Of a stretch of DNA of 52,520 nt, positions 1-13,269 are shown one piece after another. The translations under genes were made by a program, and so were the position numbers. Within the stretch, counting starts at the first letter, position 1, and each line of letters starts with the position of its first letter. Source of the stretch: Atractiella rhizophila (lineage: Eukaryota); contig MU271320.1 of the NCBI GenBank assembly GCA_021432655.1, positions 40,928 to 93,447 on the forward strand, written 5' to 3'. The notes under the pieces are model-generated. The model had not been told where the DNA came from, searched no databases, and was given only the letters and a program-made list of their open reading frames with translations.

Positions 1-273
1 CCTGCTTCTTTCAAGAGCGGTATGTTCGAAGAGTGGAAGGGAAAGAAGAAGTTGAAAGTGCCGAAGGTGGGGGAGAGGGAATTGGAGGGCGTCAAGTCGA
101 CGGCCAAAAAGTGGAGGCATTCACAGGTGAAGGAGAAGAAGGGTTTGAAAGGTAAAGGAGCTGGAAAGGGCAGCGGAAAGTCTGAGTTGAAGAACGTGGC
201 GACCATTCGGAAGGAGAGAGCGGCTAAGGCTAAAAGAAAGGAGCGAAGCAATCAACCCAGCAGGAAGAAGTAG
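1..273 (+). CDS. DBP10: 3' end of DEAD-box RNA helicase Dbp10/DDX54 (partial)
   Basis: Frame is open from base 1 and reads PASFKSGMFEEWK...PKVGERE...KSELKNVATIRKER...QPSRKK*, matching the Dbp10 C-terminal region as recalled. The 5' part lies outside the window. Confidence 0.8.
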   Translation, partial: PASFKSGMFEEWKGKKKLKVPKVGERELEGVKSTAKKWRHSQVKEKKGLKGKGAGKGSGKSELKNVATIRKERAAKAKRKERSNQPSRKK

Positions 274-752
274 TTGTAACATGCATTTCATGAAGTTGAC
301 GTGGAAGAAATACCAGCTGAACATGCCCGGTGACTCTTTCAAGGTCAGGCATTGTTGAAGAAATAGAATATCACTGGCAGAGACAGAGAAACTCTAGCTT
401 TAGGCAGCCTGTGACCATGATGGCACCTCACTTCGGTAAATGGTATAGTATATTAAGGCCACCCATTAAATCTAAGCAAACTTTGAGCCAGGACGTGTCA
501 GGTTTGGTCCTCAGATCAGAACAAACCCCAGCGCAACCAGCTGCACCAGCAAAAAATATTTGTGGAAGCGCGTCCGCCCCAACCCAATGGTCCATGCAAG
601 ATAAGATTTGCTTCGATCACCCCAACCCAACGCCTCCACCTCAACGTCTTCCCAAAAACACTCGTCACTCTTGCTCATTTCTCAAAAAACGACCAACGTA
701 CTCTTACAATAATTTTATAGACGACCTTTAGGTGGAACGAGGACGAAGAACC

Positions 753-3700
753 ATGCCTTTCACTTCTAAATCGCAGCCAGACTCTTCTCGACCTTCCCTT
801 CATGCTCGGCATCCAACATGGGTTCAGGATGGAGATGAGCGTGCAGAAGTTGACCATGAGGCTGTTAAACATTTTATTGGTGAGTTGTCCTTGTGACGAG
901 TTGGTATCTACTATGCAATGTGCCTTGCACTGATGCAACACAATGCACAGGTGGAAACAGCCTTCATAACGCTGCTCCTGGTCGCGTTACCGACTTTGTG
1001 AAAGCAAAGGGCGGACACACAGTAATCACAAAGGTTTGTTTTGCTATCCGTCTGCAGGACTTCCACTGAAGCTTCACAACAACAGGTCTTGATTGCAAAC
1101 AACGGCACGCACTCTTTCTTGTAGCACTTCGTTCTTGTTAACAGTAGCTTCAGGTATTGCTGCTGTTAAAGAGATTCGTTCCGTTCGAAAATGGGCGTAT
1201 GAGACATTCGGGGATGAGCGCGCGATTCAGTTCACCGTAATGGCTACTCCTGAAGATTTAAGAGTGAACGCAGACTACATCAGGATGGCGGACCATTTCG
1301 TAGAAGTACCTGGAGGGACGAATAACAACAATTTCGCAAATGTAGATGTTATTGTGGACGTTGCTGAGCGATCTGGTGTACACGCAGTGTGGGCTGGTTG
1401 GTGCGTCTTTCCTACGACCTGCAAGGATCAGTGGGATTAAGAGATCGATGTATGCAGGGGACATGCCTCTGAGAACCCACGATTACCGGAGACGTTAGCG
1501 GCGAGCAAGAACAAGATCGTCTTCATTGGTCCCCCAGGATCAGCCATGCGTTCTCTAGGAGACAAAATCTCTTCCACAATCGTCGCTCAATATGCGAACG
1601 TACCTACTATGCCATGGTCCGGAAGTGGAATAAGCGACACCGCGACCTCAGAACAAGGATTCCTTGTCGTCCCAGATGATGTTTACGCCAAGGCTTGTGT
1701 CACAACCGTCGAGGAAGGCTTGGAGAGAGCAGAAGCCATTGGATGGCCTGTTATGATCAAGGCTTCAGAAGGAGGTGGTGGAAAGGGAATCAGGAAGGTC
1801 GAGAGTAAAGACGCTTTCTCGATGGCTTTTAACGCTGTCCTTGGGGAAGTCCCTGGTTCGTGTTCCGTTTCCTTCCTCTCCATCAGTACAGTAAGTTGAC
1901 TTGGTGGGGTTGGAATAGGGAGTCCCGTATTCATCATGAAACTTGCTGGGGCTGCTAGGCATCTGGAAGTGCAGGTATTAGCAGATCAATACGGAAACGC
2001 AATCAGCTTGTTTGGACGGGACTGCTCAGTCCAACGACGACATCAGAAGATCATTGAAGAAGCGCCTGTCACTGTTGCACCTCAAGCGCTTGCGGAGGAG
2101 ATGGAAAAGGCGGCTGTGAGGCTCGCCAAGCTCGTTGGATATGTTTCTGCAGGTACTGTCGAGGTAAGCACATGTTCCCCACGAGCCGTTGACATTGCTG
2201 AAGATACTGATTCGCGCTTCACAGTGGCTTTACTCCTCATCCGATCAGAAGTTTTATTTCCTTGAGCTAAACCCGCGACTGCAAGTCGAACATCCGACGA
2301 CTGAAATGGTTTCTGGAGTCAATCTTCCTGCTGCTCAGCTCCAAATTGCAATGGGGATCCCTCTTCGTTCCATTCGAGACATCCGTACGCTTTACGGGAA
2401 GTCACCTCACGGCAATTCATCCATCGACTTCGATTTTCTGGATCCTCACTCTGGCGAAACACAGCGCAAGCCTTCTCCTAAAGGTCACGTCGTCGCTGTC
2501 CGTATCACGGCTGAGAATCCAGACGCTGGGTTCAAACCTTCTTCCGGAACGTTACAAGAGCTGAATTTCAGGTCCTCCACAAATGTTTGGGGTTATTTCT
2601 CGGTCGGAACAGCTGGAGGACTGCACGAGTTTGCTGACAGTCAGTTTGGTCACATTTTCGCGTACGGCGCGGACAGGTCGGAGAGTAGGAAGAACATGGT
2701 TATCGCTTTGAAGGAGCTGAGCATTCGTGGTGACTTCCGAACGACTGTGGAGTACGCTGTGTCTCTGCAATCCTGGCTGCAATATTGATTTGTTTGGTTC
2801 AGGTACCTCATCAAGCTTCTCCAGACCGACGCTTTCGAACAAAACGCCGTCACAACCGCCTGGCTTGACGGTCTGATCTCCGACAAGCTGACAGCAGAAC
2901 GACCAGAGACAACCCTCGCTGTCATCTGTGGAGCAGTGGCCAAATCTCATCTCCAGGCTGAAGAATGCGCAGCTGAGTTCAAGAAGGGATTAGCCAAGGG
3001 GCAAGTACCTCCTAAGGAATTGCTGAAAACGATCTATTCTGTCGAGTTCATCTACGAGGGGATGAAGTACTCGGCTATGATGGCGCGCTCTAGTCCTGTC
3101 ACCTGGACGATGTATCTCAACGGGAAAGGCACCCAAGTTGGTGTCAGACCACTTGCGGATGGTGGTTTACTGGTTCTGCTGGATGGGCGTTCTCACACGG
3201 TGTACCTGACCGAACAAGTCGGGGCTCTGCGATTGATGATTGACAGCAAGACTTGCTTGATTGAGCAAGAGGTTTGTCTTTATATTGCTATCAGGTGTTC
3301 ATTAGCTGTAGCTTCGCATAGAATGATCCGACGCAACTTAGGAGCCCCAGTCCTGGCAAACTCGTTCGTTTCCTGGTCGAATCTGGGGATCACATCTCTT
3401 CTGGAGCTGCTTACGCTGAAATCGAAGGTACGTCGTTGCGTAAAACTGATGCGTTAAAGCACTCAAGCAATAAACAGTTATGAAGATGTACATGGCGCTC
3501 ACTGCCACCGAAGATGGCATTGTCAACTTCGTCAAGCAACCTGGTGCTACCCTGGAGCCAGGAGACATAATCGGAATTCTTACTTTGGACGATCTCTCAA
3601 AGGTCAAGCGACCGATACCTTTCTCTGGCCAACTGGAGTCGATGGGCTCTCCAACTGCCATCGGAACGAAACCGCATCAACGATTTGCTTACCTCTCCGA

Positions 3701-6700
3701 GGTTTTGAACAGCGTTCTAGCTGGCTACGACCACCAAGGCGGCGTCGCGGTCACTATTCGAGAGCTCCTTTACGTTCTCGAAAACTCCGAACTACCTTAT
3801 GGGGAGGCGACTGCTATCCTTGCGACACTCTCTGGAAGACTGCCGAGCAAACTCGAGGCATCTATTCGCTCCGCTCTTGAATCAGCTCATTCGAAAGGCG
3901 CAGAGTTCCCTTCTACGAAGATTTCGCGAACAATTGACAGCTACGTCAAGGACAACGTCCGTCCTCAAGATCGCCAGACACTTTTTACTTCCATGTCTAC
4001 TCTTCTTGATGTCATCGAGCGTTACAAGGGAGGGCTCAAGACGCATGAATGGAACGTTCTGGCCGGCTTCTTGAAAACCTACCTTGAGGTGGAGAAGATT
4101 TTCAGCGGACGGCAGGACGATGTCATTCTACAACTCAGAGACCAGCATGGGGACGATTACGATCCTGTGATCGCTGTCACGCTGTCCCATACGAAGGCCG
4201 CATCTAAATCGACCATGATCATCCAACTGCTCGACATCATCAAAGAGAGTGCGACTCCTTTCGCCATGCAGACCGTGTTCGAACCCGTGTTGCGTGAACT
4301 GGCCAATTTGGATGGCAAAGGAACCCACAAGGTTGCTCTCAAGGCTCGGGAAGTCTTGATTCACGGTGCACTTCCCTCCTTGGATGAGCGTCGACAGCAA
4401 ATGGAGCAGATCTTGATGGCTTCAGTGACGACGACACACTACGGCTCGCACAAGCCAGAACGACGAGCACCAGATGTTCAGCAGCTTCGAGAACTAATTG
4501 ACTCTCGCTACACAGTTTTTGATGTTCTGACGTCCTTCTTCACCCACGACGATCCTTGGATCACCTTGGCCGCTCTCGAGACCTACGTCCGGCGTGCATA
4601 CCGAGTGTACGATATAACCAATGTCGAGTACCTTGGGGGGGATGCAGAAGAGGGAGAAGGTCCCATCTTGACCTGGGATTTCACGATGACAAAATCTGGG
4701 CAACCAGCTTTAACCCCTGCTGCTACTCCCATATCATCTCGAGGTCCTTCCTATCCGGAACTGTCTTATGCTCTCACCAAAGCGAGACGTGACCCAATCC
4801 GACACGGAGCTTTCTTTGCTATCGACGACTTAGAGGAACTGAAGGGTGAACTCGAAAGGGCGATCTCTCTCTTCTCCGGTAAAACCACTTTGGCTCCACC
4901 AATTGTCGACGAGCACTCGCACGTCATCATGGTAGCTTACATCGTCGAAGCTGATTCGACTGAGACCACTGATGCTGTGACTGCGCAATTCGAAGACATC
5001 GTCAACGAGGTTGCGTCAGAGCTGGATCGACGAGCGATCTCTCGAGTAACTTTACTCGTCAGCAAGGATGGTCAATATCCCTTGTACTATACGGCACGTA
5101 ACCACGACGGCAAATGGCGAGAGTCGTCAACCATTCGAGACATCGAACCTGCATTAGCTTTCCAGTTAGAGCTTTCTCGCCTATCGAACTACAACATTAC
5201 ACCTGTTTTTGTCGCAAACCGTCAAGTACACGTCTACCTGGGTGTCGGTAAAGAGAATCCAGCAGAACGTCGTTTCTTTGTCAGAGCCTTAGTTCGACCA
5301 GGTCGCGTCCGAGCAAACATGAAAACGGCGGATTACTTGATTTCGGAATCCGATCGACTCATAAGCGACATTCTAGACGAGTTGGAAGTTGTGTCTGCTC
5401 AGCATCGCAATGCCGATGCGAACCATGTCTTCTTGAAGTGAGGAGTCGTCATTCTCCCCGATGTAACTAACTGTTTGCTGCAGTTTTGTCTACACATTGT
5501 CTTTAGAACTAGAAGAAGTCCAGGAGGCGTTAGCTGGGTTCATTGAACGGCACGGCAAACGACTCTGGCGACTTAGAGTGATCAGCGCAGAAATCAGACT
5601 TGCTATCGAAGATTCTAACGGCAATTCTGAAGTCATTCGGGCTATCATCGAAAACGTAGCGGGATTCGTTGTCAACTACGAGATCTACCGGGAAGCGAAG
5701 AGCGATCGCAACAAGACCATTCTTAACTCAATCGGCACCCAAGGAGCTCTGCACCTGCAACCTGCTGACGCACCATATCCTACAAGAGAATTTCTTCAAC
5801 CAAAGCGTTCCAAAGCCCACGTTGAGGGTACTACCTACAGTTACGACTTCCCGGACCTCTTCAGGCAGGCTATCAGGAGGGAATGGGCTGCAGCAACTGA
5901 GCGAGTGCCAGGTTTGCATGCACCTGCTGACCCTTTGTCAACAAGGGAGCTTGTGCTAGATGAAGATGGAAGTCCTCAAGAAATCGTTCGTGCACCAGGA
6001 TCCAACAATATCGGAATGGTAGCTTGGGTTTTCACAATGAAAACTCCAGAATATCCAGAAGGGCGTCGTGTCGTGGTGATAGCTAACGACATCACTCACA
6101 AAATCGGTTCCTTCGGCCCGGCAGAAGACAACTTCTTTTTCAAAGTGACGCAGCTGGCTCGAGATCAAGGCATTCCTCGTCTATATCTTTCGGCAAATTC
6201 AGGGGCTCGTCTTGGAGTTGCTGACGAGTTGGTTGAATTGTTCAAAGTTGCCTGGGTTGACAAAGAGCATCCCGAAAAAGGTTTTCGATACCTCTATCTT
6301 ACGGCTGAGGCTCTTGGTCAGCTGAGGAGCAAAGGGAAGAACCCCGTTTTCACGACAGAGATAGAGGATGAGGGAGAAAAGCGCTACCAAATCACCAGCA
6401 TCGTCGGTCTCCAAGATGGTTTAGGTGTCGAGTCGCTGAAAGGATCAGGCTTGATAGCTGGGGTCACCTCGAGAGCATACGATGACATCTTTACTGCTAC
6501 CCTTGTCTCCTGTCGCTCTGTCGGTATTGGTGCCTACCTCGTACGACTAGGACAGCGAACTGTTCAGGTCGAAGGACAGCCCATCATCTTGACCGGTTTT
6601 GCAGCCCTCAACAAGGTTCTAGGACGAGAAGTGTATTCTTCTCATCTGCAACTTGGAGGCACGCAAATCATGTATCGCAACGGAGTCAGCCACTTGACAG

Positions 6701-8138
6701 CGGCCAATGATCTGGAGGGTGTCTCGCACCTTGTTCGCTGGTTGTCCTTCGTTCCCCGAGCTCGCTCTCTGCCTGTCCCGGTATCCCCGTCTAGCGACCC
6801 TTGGGATAGGGAGGTGACTTACACACCAATCAAAGGACCTTATGATCCTCGATGGTTCATCCATGGAAAGGAAGAGGAGGATGGATCGTGGTCTAGCGGC
6901 TTCTTTGACAAAGGTTCCTTCCAAGAAACTCTCTCTGGCTGGGCGCAGACGGTGGTAGGTCGCTATTCCCTAATTGTCGTCTAGATCTAAGGATCGTATA
7001 GGTCGTCGGACGAGCTCGATTAGCTGGCCTTCCAGTTGGCGTCATCGCAGTCGAGACTCGGACGATAGAGCGTGTGGTGCCAGCCGACCCTGCAAATCCT
7101 TCGTCTGTCGAACAGAAAATCATGGAAGCTGGCCAAGTAAGCGATACCGCTCTGTCAGACCTTCATTACTCAACATTTGGCTCAGGTCTGGTATCCTAAT
7201 TCGGCATTCAAAACTGGACAAGCCATTTTCGATTTCAATCGTGAAGGTTTGCCATTGATAATCTTTGCCAATTGGAGAGGCTTTTCTGGAGGACAACAGG
7301 ATATGTTTGATGAAGTCTTGAAACGGTAAGAGATCTAGTTAGTGTTCCAGGACAATCCTCACCCACCTTTAGTGGCTCTCTCATCGTGGATGGACTGTCA
7401 ACATACAAAGCACCAGTCTTCGTCTATATTGTACCGAATGGCGAGCTTCGCGGCGGGGCATGGGTTGTGGTGGATCCATCGATAAACCAGAATGGAATGA
7501 TGGAGATGTGAGTGTTCGTCGAGATGTGATGCATAATCTGAAGGCGTGGTAGGTACGCTGATGAGACGTCTCGAGCTGGGGTCTTGGAACCCGAGGGTAT
7601 TGTCGAAATCAAGTTTCGAAAGGACAAATTGATGAAGCTCATGTCTCGCCTGGATCCGACATACGCTGCGCTGAAGTCGCCAGAGAACACCGCTTCTGAT
7701 AACTCAACAATATCTGCGAGAGAGAAACAGTTATTGCCCGTGTATTCTCAAGTTGCCCTTCAGTTTGCCGACTTGCACGATCGCAGTGAAAGGATGAAGG
7801 AGAAGGGCACGATCAGCAAAATCTTGGAATGGAAAAACAGCCGAAGATTTTTCTACTGGCGTCTCCGTCGACGACTCCAAGAGACTGAAGCGATGAACCT
7901 GGTCTCTTCGATTTCGCGAGAAAAATTATCCCGACCTGAGTGTCAAGACCTTGTCAAATCTGTGGTAGAAGAGTGGGCGACAGCATGGGAGGAAGAGAGT
8001 GACGAAAAATTCGTGACGCATTACGACAATAACGCTACGCAACTCCACCAAATCCTGAAAACGAAAACACGATCCGCACTCCTGTCAAAACTGAAACAAG
8101 AAGTTGCAGAGTTGGAGAGTCATGTGCATGATGCTTGA
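753..8138 (+). CDS. ACC1: Acetyl-CoA carboxylase (multi-exon)
   Basis: The ATG at 753 is in frame to ...HFIG|GNSL. Spliced motifs: [28 protein letters not shown] (biotin carboxylase), EIEVMKM (biotin attachment, split by an intron), and carboxyltransferase motifs SANSGARLG and GVLEPEG. Stop at 8138. Confidence 0.97.
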
Positions 8139-8580
8139 TGTTCATTTCCGTGATTTCTTTTGCGATCCATTTTAGATTAGTTCAGTGACCAGTAAGTAAC
8201 GCTGCATAGTTTTTTCACAAGGGAAAGTACATAGACTGCAAAGGACTATAACCACCGAAGCTATTCGAACAGGACACGCTCTTTGTTATTTGAAGAATGC
8301 TAGACTAACCGAGAGGAATCCTGGTAACTTGAAGGTTATAAGGCTGGCCAATCGATGCTCGACGACAACACAGACCATGGCGCTCCGCGTCGTTGGAGTA
8401 CACCCTAACAGCGGCAATGATGAAATGACATGGATGATAATGATACTGTAGGACAGAAGTGTGCAAGTGCAACGGGAAGGTTGAGGCGACAGGAAGGAAT
8501 CATATGAAGACAAATGAAGCAGTGACCTAGCCCAACATACATTGGTAGGGTATAAGAAGCAAATAGAAAACCTGACATGA

Positions 8581-9655
8581 TCAAGCTTGATGGAGAGGGA
8601 GAACATCGGGAGACAGCGTAAATCTTGCAGTGGCGGCAAAGTCGGTGGCGTTGACTTCCAGTGTGCTGCTGAGTGGCGAGGCAGTAGATGGAAGATGCAT
8701 CATGAGAAGTCTCTCAATCTGAGGACGTGCTTGCAAGACTGCTTGTGCCAATTCTTGATCGCGAACAAGAAGTTGAAGAACGTCGTTCACGAGCCTATTG
8801 ACGAGAGTAAGGTTGGGAAGTGTCGGGTCTTCAAAAACAGGGTTTCTCAATATGGACGTAATTAAAGAGGAGGAGTCGATGAGACTAAGAAGGCTAAGGC
8901 TTGTTGTTGTGGGGTTAGAGGTTGAAACAGGTTGGGGTGTTGTAGCAGAACGGACTGAACTCGGAAGCGGAGGGTTGGATGAAGATGTTGAGGTGGTAGA
9001 CAATAAGGAGGCTGCCCGTCGTCTGTTGCTCACGATCCGATTCGCCATGTTGTTGACCGGTTCCAGGGTGCCTTTGTGCCTCCTGCCGAACATAATCAAG
9101 ATATGGCCGTCTACAAAGCGGAAGCTCAGGCATACAAGTAGAATGGATCGTACCGACTCCCTGGCCGACCCCCTCTTTCAGACGGCTTTGGGACCACAGT
9201 TGCCTTAGCCCAGCCAACACTTACCGCCTTCCCATCCTAATGACAATGAATGGGTATGCGTCTAAAAAAGAAGCCGGCTACCTACAATATGCAGACCACC
9301 AAGACTGTGAAAATAGTCTATTGCGGCTTCCGCTGTGTGCTGCTCTCGAAAGGTGACGAAGAAATAACACTCGTCGCTACCTTCCATCGGATCCATTCGA
9401 AATACTTCGATCAAACTTGCACCACCAATCTCAGTGAGACGTTCTAAAGGGATATACGGCAGGAACGTACGAGCCGAACGACGAAAAGATTCCCCGTACC
9501 GTCTCCTGGGTTGTGTTCTATTCGTTTGTCACGTCTCAGCATAAACTGGAAGGGACCCAGCCAAGGCGGATAAAATAACATACAACATGAGTTTTGCCCA
9601 CATAGATTTTGTATCCTCGAGGAGCGTTCAACGTGGGACTTCTGATGGGTATCAT
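8581..9655 (-). CDS. RRM-domain RNA-binding protein with Ser/Thr/Pro-rich tail (multi-exon; start tentative)
   Basis: Manual splicing through four short GT-AG introns gives YKIYVGKTHV|NTTQETVRGIFSSFGS|LIEVFRM...YFFVTFREQHTAEAAIDYFHSLGGLHI|DGKAVSVGWAK...YDPFYL|RHKGTLEP, which joins the 8581..9099 ORF. RNP2, RNP1 and beta4 of an RRM are all recognisable. Confidence 0.75.
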
Positions 9656-10818
9656 AGCAGCCCTAATATCACAGATGAGAGAGGTCGGAAGGAGCGTGGA
9701 ATATGTACGAATGATTCATTTGATGTAGCTGATTGAAACATCTCAGATCTCAGCGCTCTCAGCTGCAATGATTGATGGTTGACGCAGAGAATTCAGACTC
9801 ACCTTGCTTTATCGCAAATGAAAGTTAATTCCAACAGTCCGCTCTGTAAATGTTGATCGGTGTCTCCATTAACAAGAGGATGAGCCAAGCAGTAAATGGA
9901 AGAGGAATGAGAAGCTAACGAGAGAATAACGAGTATTCAGGAACTAGTATTCGAAAGGTGAAGATGAACAGATCTGGACACAGAAAGTGCCACGAGCCGA
10001 GAAGACTTGGGGGAACTGTATAGGTATCTCAACTTCTGAGGTATTATGCTCTCTATGGGGAGCATGGAGCAGGGAGAGAAGAAGACGCCAGGCTTTTATA
10101 GCTAACCGTCCATTCTTTGACATGGACAAGACAAAGCTGGACAAAGAGCTCTACTTCAAGCTTCTGGTCGGAGGTAAGTCCCTAGCCAGACTCTAGTGAG
10201 AGCGGCACATAACCATGCATAAAGGTTTGGAAAGGCAAGCAGTCGTCTCCATTGTTTGGGACTGATCGAGGGATTGCACAAATCCTAAATCTGAGCCAGA
10301 CCATAAGCTTCGCTCGCGTGGCCCAGGAGCCGACGAACCACAGTCGTGCGCTGAGCGTTGAAGATGTTGAGAGTTGGTGAAAAATGAGGATGCACATGAA
10401 ATTATGACGGAGGCATGAAACGGATCTTCCAACATCTTCCTTTGTGCCGAACCATCCCCGACTTCGCCTGAAATAATGAGTAGCTGAAGAAAGGGACCCC
10501 ATAACGACCCGAGATGATTGTCACTATCAGTCATAATTATGTCTTTGTCTCTGTGGCCTGATACTTAGTGTTGCTGCAACAATTAGAGCATCGATGGGAA
10601 GAAGATCTGGATGAACGCGCACGTGGAAACCATTCATTGCCTAATCAAGCAACAACCTCCGTGCGCTCCGTGGCACAGACAGTTTGCATGAAAACATCTG
10701 AGGCGCATTCACACATTCACAGATTTGAACACCCCACGTTTCAAGAAGAAGGCATGACCGAATACATAAAACAAAACAAAGCAGTGTGGGGAGCGGGCTC
10801 ACGACATAAACATCGTCA

Positions 10819-13269
10819 TCACCCCTCTCCCATCACGCTCTCCCTCCAATTTTCGATTATACCCTCTCTCCTCCCTTCCGCAGGAAGACCTGCCCATTCC
10901 GCATCCTCCATCTCGTCGTCTGAATTCTCAAACTCTTCATTCTTCCTTACGAGCGCATCCAAGAGTCGTGCTAGAATCGTTCAGCATGGTTTGTTCTGAG
11001 AGAAAGAGACAGAACGCACGAGGTTTCCGTACTTCTTTGGTTTCTTCCATGTCCTCGTCCTCGTCGAAATCATCTTCGTCCATCGCAGTCCGTGGCACAT
11101 CTGCAGCATCAACCAATCAGTACATCCCCATAATGACCAGTCAATCTACCAAGCATGCGAACAAGAAAGAGAATATCAACATGCCCAAATAGTCCGCCAT
11201 GATAGAACAACCAACTGTCAACACCTCCAAATAGTTCGCACGCAGAAATATCATACTATCAACAGATCCAAATAGTTCTCAGGTTGAAGTGGAAACAGAA
11301 CATGAATACTTCTACAAGACAGACCACAGAAACATATGTGCATACCTTGTAAAGGTACCGAAGGTGCGATGTCTACCTTCTTTAAATTAGCCAATACCTG
11401 GGCTAAGGTCTTTTCCAGATATTCCCTTGTATTGAGGTCTTCCATGTTACTCGGACGGACGTCTAAAGCGTAAGTAGGGCCAAAATAGTCATAGTATTCG
11501 TTCATTGGGATCCCTATCACGGCGGTATCATCCAAAAAGGAGGTGTACGTTAGCATTTGTCGCTGTTGTATAGGAGCAGGGGGGAAAGATGGAGGCAGGG
11601 GGAGACATACGTTCTTGCATCTCCATTCCGGCAGCCAATCCTGTCTCATAAGCCCAAGTGCGTGAGACATTACGGATGGTGTATCCTCCCCCACCGAGGA
11701 GGAGGAGAGGCAGATTAAGGGATCGGACAAAGGAGACGCATTGGGCGTGGCCTGTTTTGGACCAAAAGGAGAATCCATGCAATCAAATATGTCAGCGACA
11801 AAATTATCGGGAAATGGAGAAAGGGCTTTCGTACCGCGCATGGAGAGGTTCAATGACCCCAACCTGTCTCCTCCCAATGAATCTGCTCCGCACTGAAGTA
11901 CAATGGCTCCGGGTTGATAGCGCTCCATGACAGCCGTTATAACCTACGATTACGATCCATGTGTCAATAGTGTTCTACTCTGGTTATTGAAATGGAATAT
12001 TTCGAGAACATACGGGCTCAAATACGCTCTTATAAGTCGCGTCCGTCACTCCGTCCCTCAAAGGAAAATTGACGGCATGGTTCTTGCCTCGCCCATATCC
12101 CGTATCCTACATTCATATTTATTAGAGGGATCCGTCCTAGGGAGAAGTCAAGAGAGATGCATACCCTCAGATCTCCGGTACCAGGAAAGAACTCGCCATA
12201 CTTGTGGAATGATACAGTCATGACGCGATCGGTAGTGTAGAACGCTTCTTCTACCCCGTCTCCATGGTGCACGTCGATGTCGATGTATAAAACACGTTCA
12301 TGATACCTTTCAAGTGACATGGGTCCCGCTCATGTCAAAGGAAATGACAGTGCATACCGTAGAAGTTCAAGGATACCAAGAACAATATCTGAATCCGAGT
12401 TGGTTAGAATGTTATGAATGGGAGACGGACGGTACGAAGGATTGACGTTGAAGGTTGTTCTCAAATTGGAAAAGGACGGAAAGTGAGAAAATGCCCACCA
12501 TTGATATAACAAAATCCGGACGCCTCAGCCTTCTTCGCATGGTGCAATCCTCCGGCCCAATTTATGGCAATGTCACATTTATCCCTACTCAACCTCGCTG
12601 CGCCTTCCATGCTCCCACCGGCGGAGATGGAGCAGTAATCGAAGAGACCATCGAAGACTGGGCAGTCATCGCCGACGTTGACTAGTGGTACAAGCACTCG
12701 TGAGCTGATAAAACCAAAACAACAAACTTAGGAAAAAAGGAAGGACAGACACTTTGCCATTTCTCGAGAGTGCGTATCGACATTGTCGGGTATGATTCGA
12801 GATAAAAAGTCAACGTATTCGTCGGTGTGGAACTGTGACATTTCGCGTTTCGTCGCTGGTTTGGCGCGCTGTTCATGCATCAGGTGGTTTACTTGAACGC
12901 CAACCAAGCGTTCAAGGACGAACAAAGATTTCCATATGTTTGTATAAATTGTACTGTCAATCAACATATTAAACAAGAAAAGTTATTGAGAAAGAGCTTA
13001 CGTTCATTACGAGCGAATGGGTCATTTTCACCCTATGCGGCTTCATAGGGTGTCCAGGTCCATAATGATAGTTTCCAATCTTCGAAGAGCTTCAACAATG
13101 TCTCCACATAGCTCGCTAAGAGGAATCTCACGTCAGAATCGAAAAAGTAGCACTGGATGTGGTTGCTGTCAATTTGGTGTGCCACAGCTAAGAGGAAAGT
13201 ACGCACCACTCGTTTCTTCCCTGCCCCGTCGATGGGCACGCAATGGTCCTTCTCTCCGTCATTTCGCAT
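10819..13269 (-). CDS. RPD3: Class I histone deacetylase Rpd3/Clr6 (multi-exon)
   Basis: Motifs [71 protein letters not shown] and [19 protein letters not shown]. Confidence 0.96.
11174..11276. repeat. Three-copy interspersed 20-bp motif TRTCAACA-NNN-CCAAATAGT inside the long RPD3 intron
   Basis: Copies at 11174-11193, 11216-11235 and 11257-11276, separated by unrelated 22-nt and 21-nt spacers. Confidence 0.85.

Noticed and set aside
330..731. 133-aa ORF upstream of ACC1
   Set aside because: Non-ATG start, no domain, and it overlaps the DBP10 3' region and ACC1 promoter. Likely spurious.
9940..10540. Possible small gene or pseudogene between the RRM gene and RPD3 (GTAAGT donor near 10174)
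   Set aside because: No consistent spliced ORF or recognisable domain could be built.
11174..11276. CRISPR array interpretation of the repeat-spacer pattern
   Set aside because: It lies in a eukaryotic intron, has only three short repeats with a variable centre, and there are no cas genes. Kept as a cis-element candidate instead.
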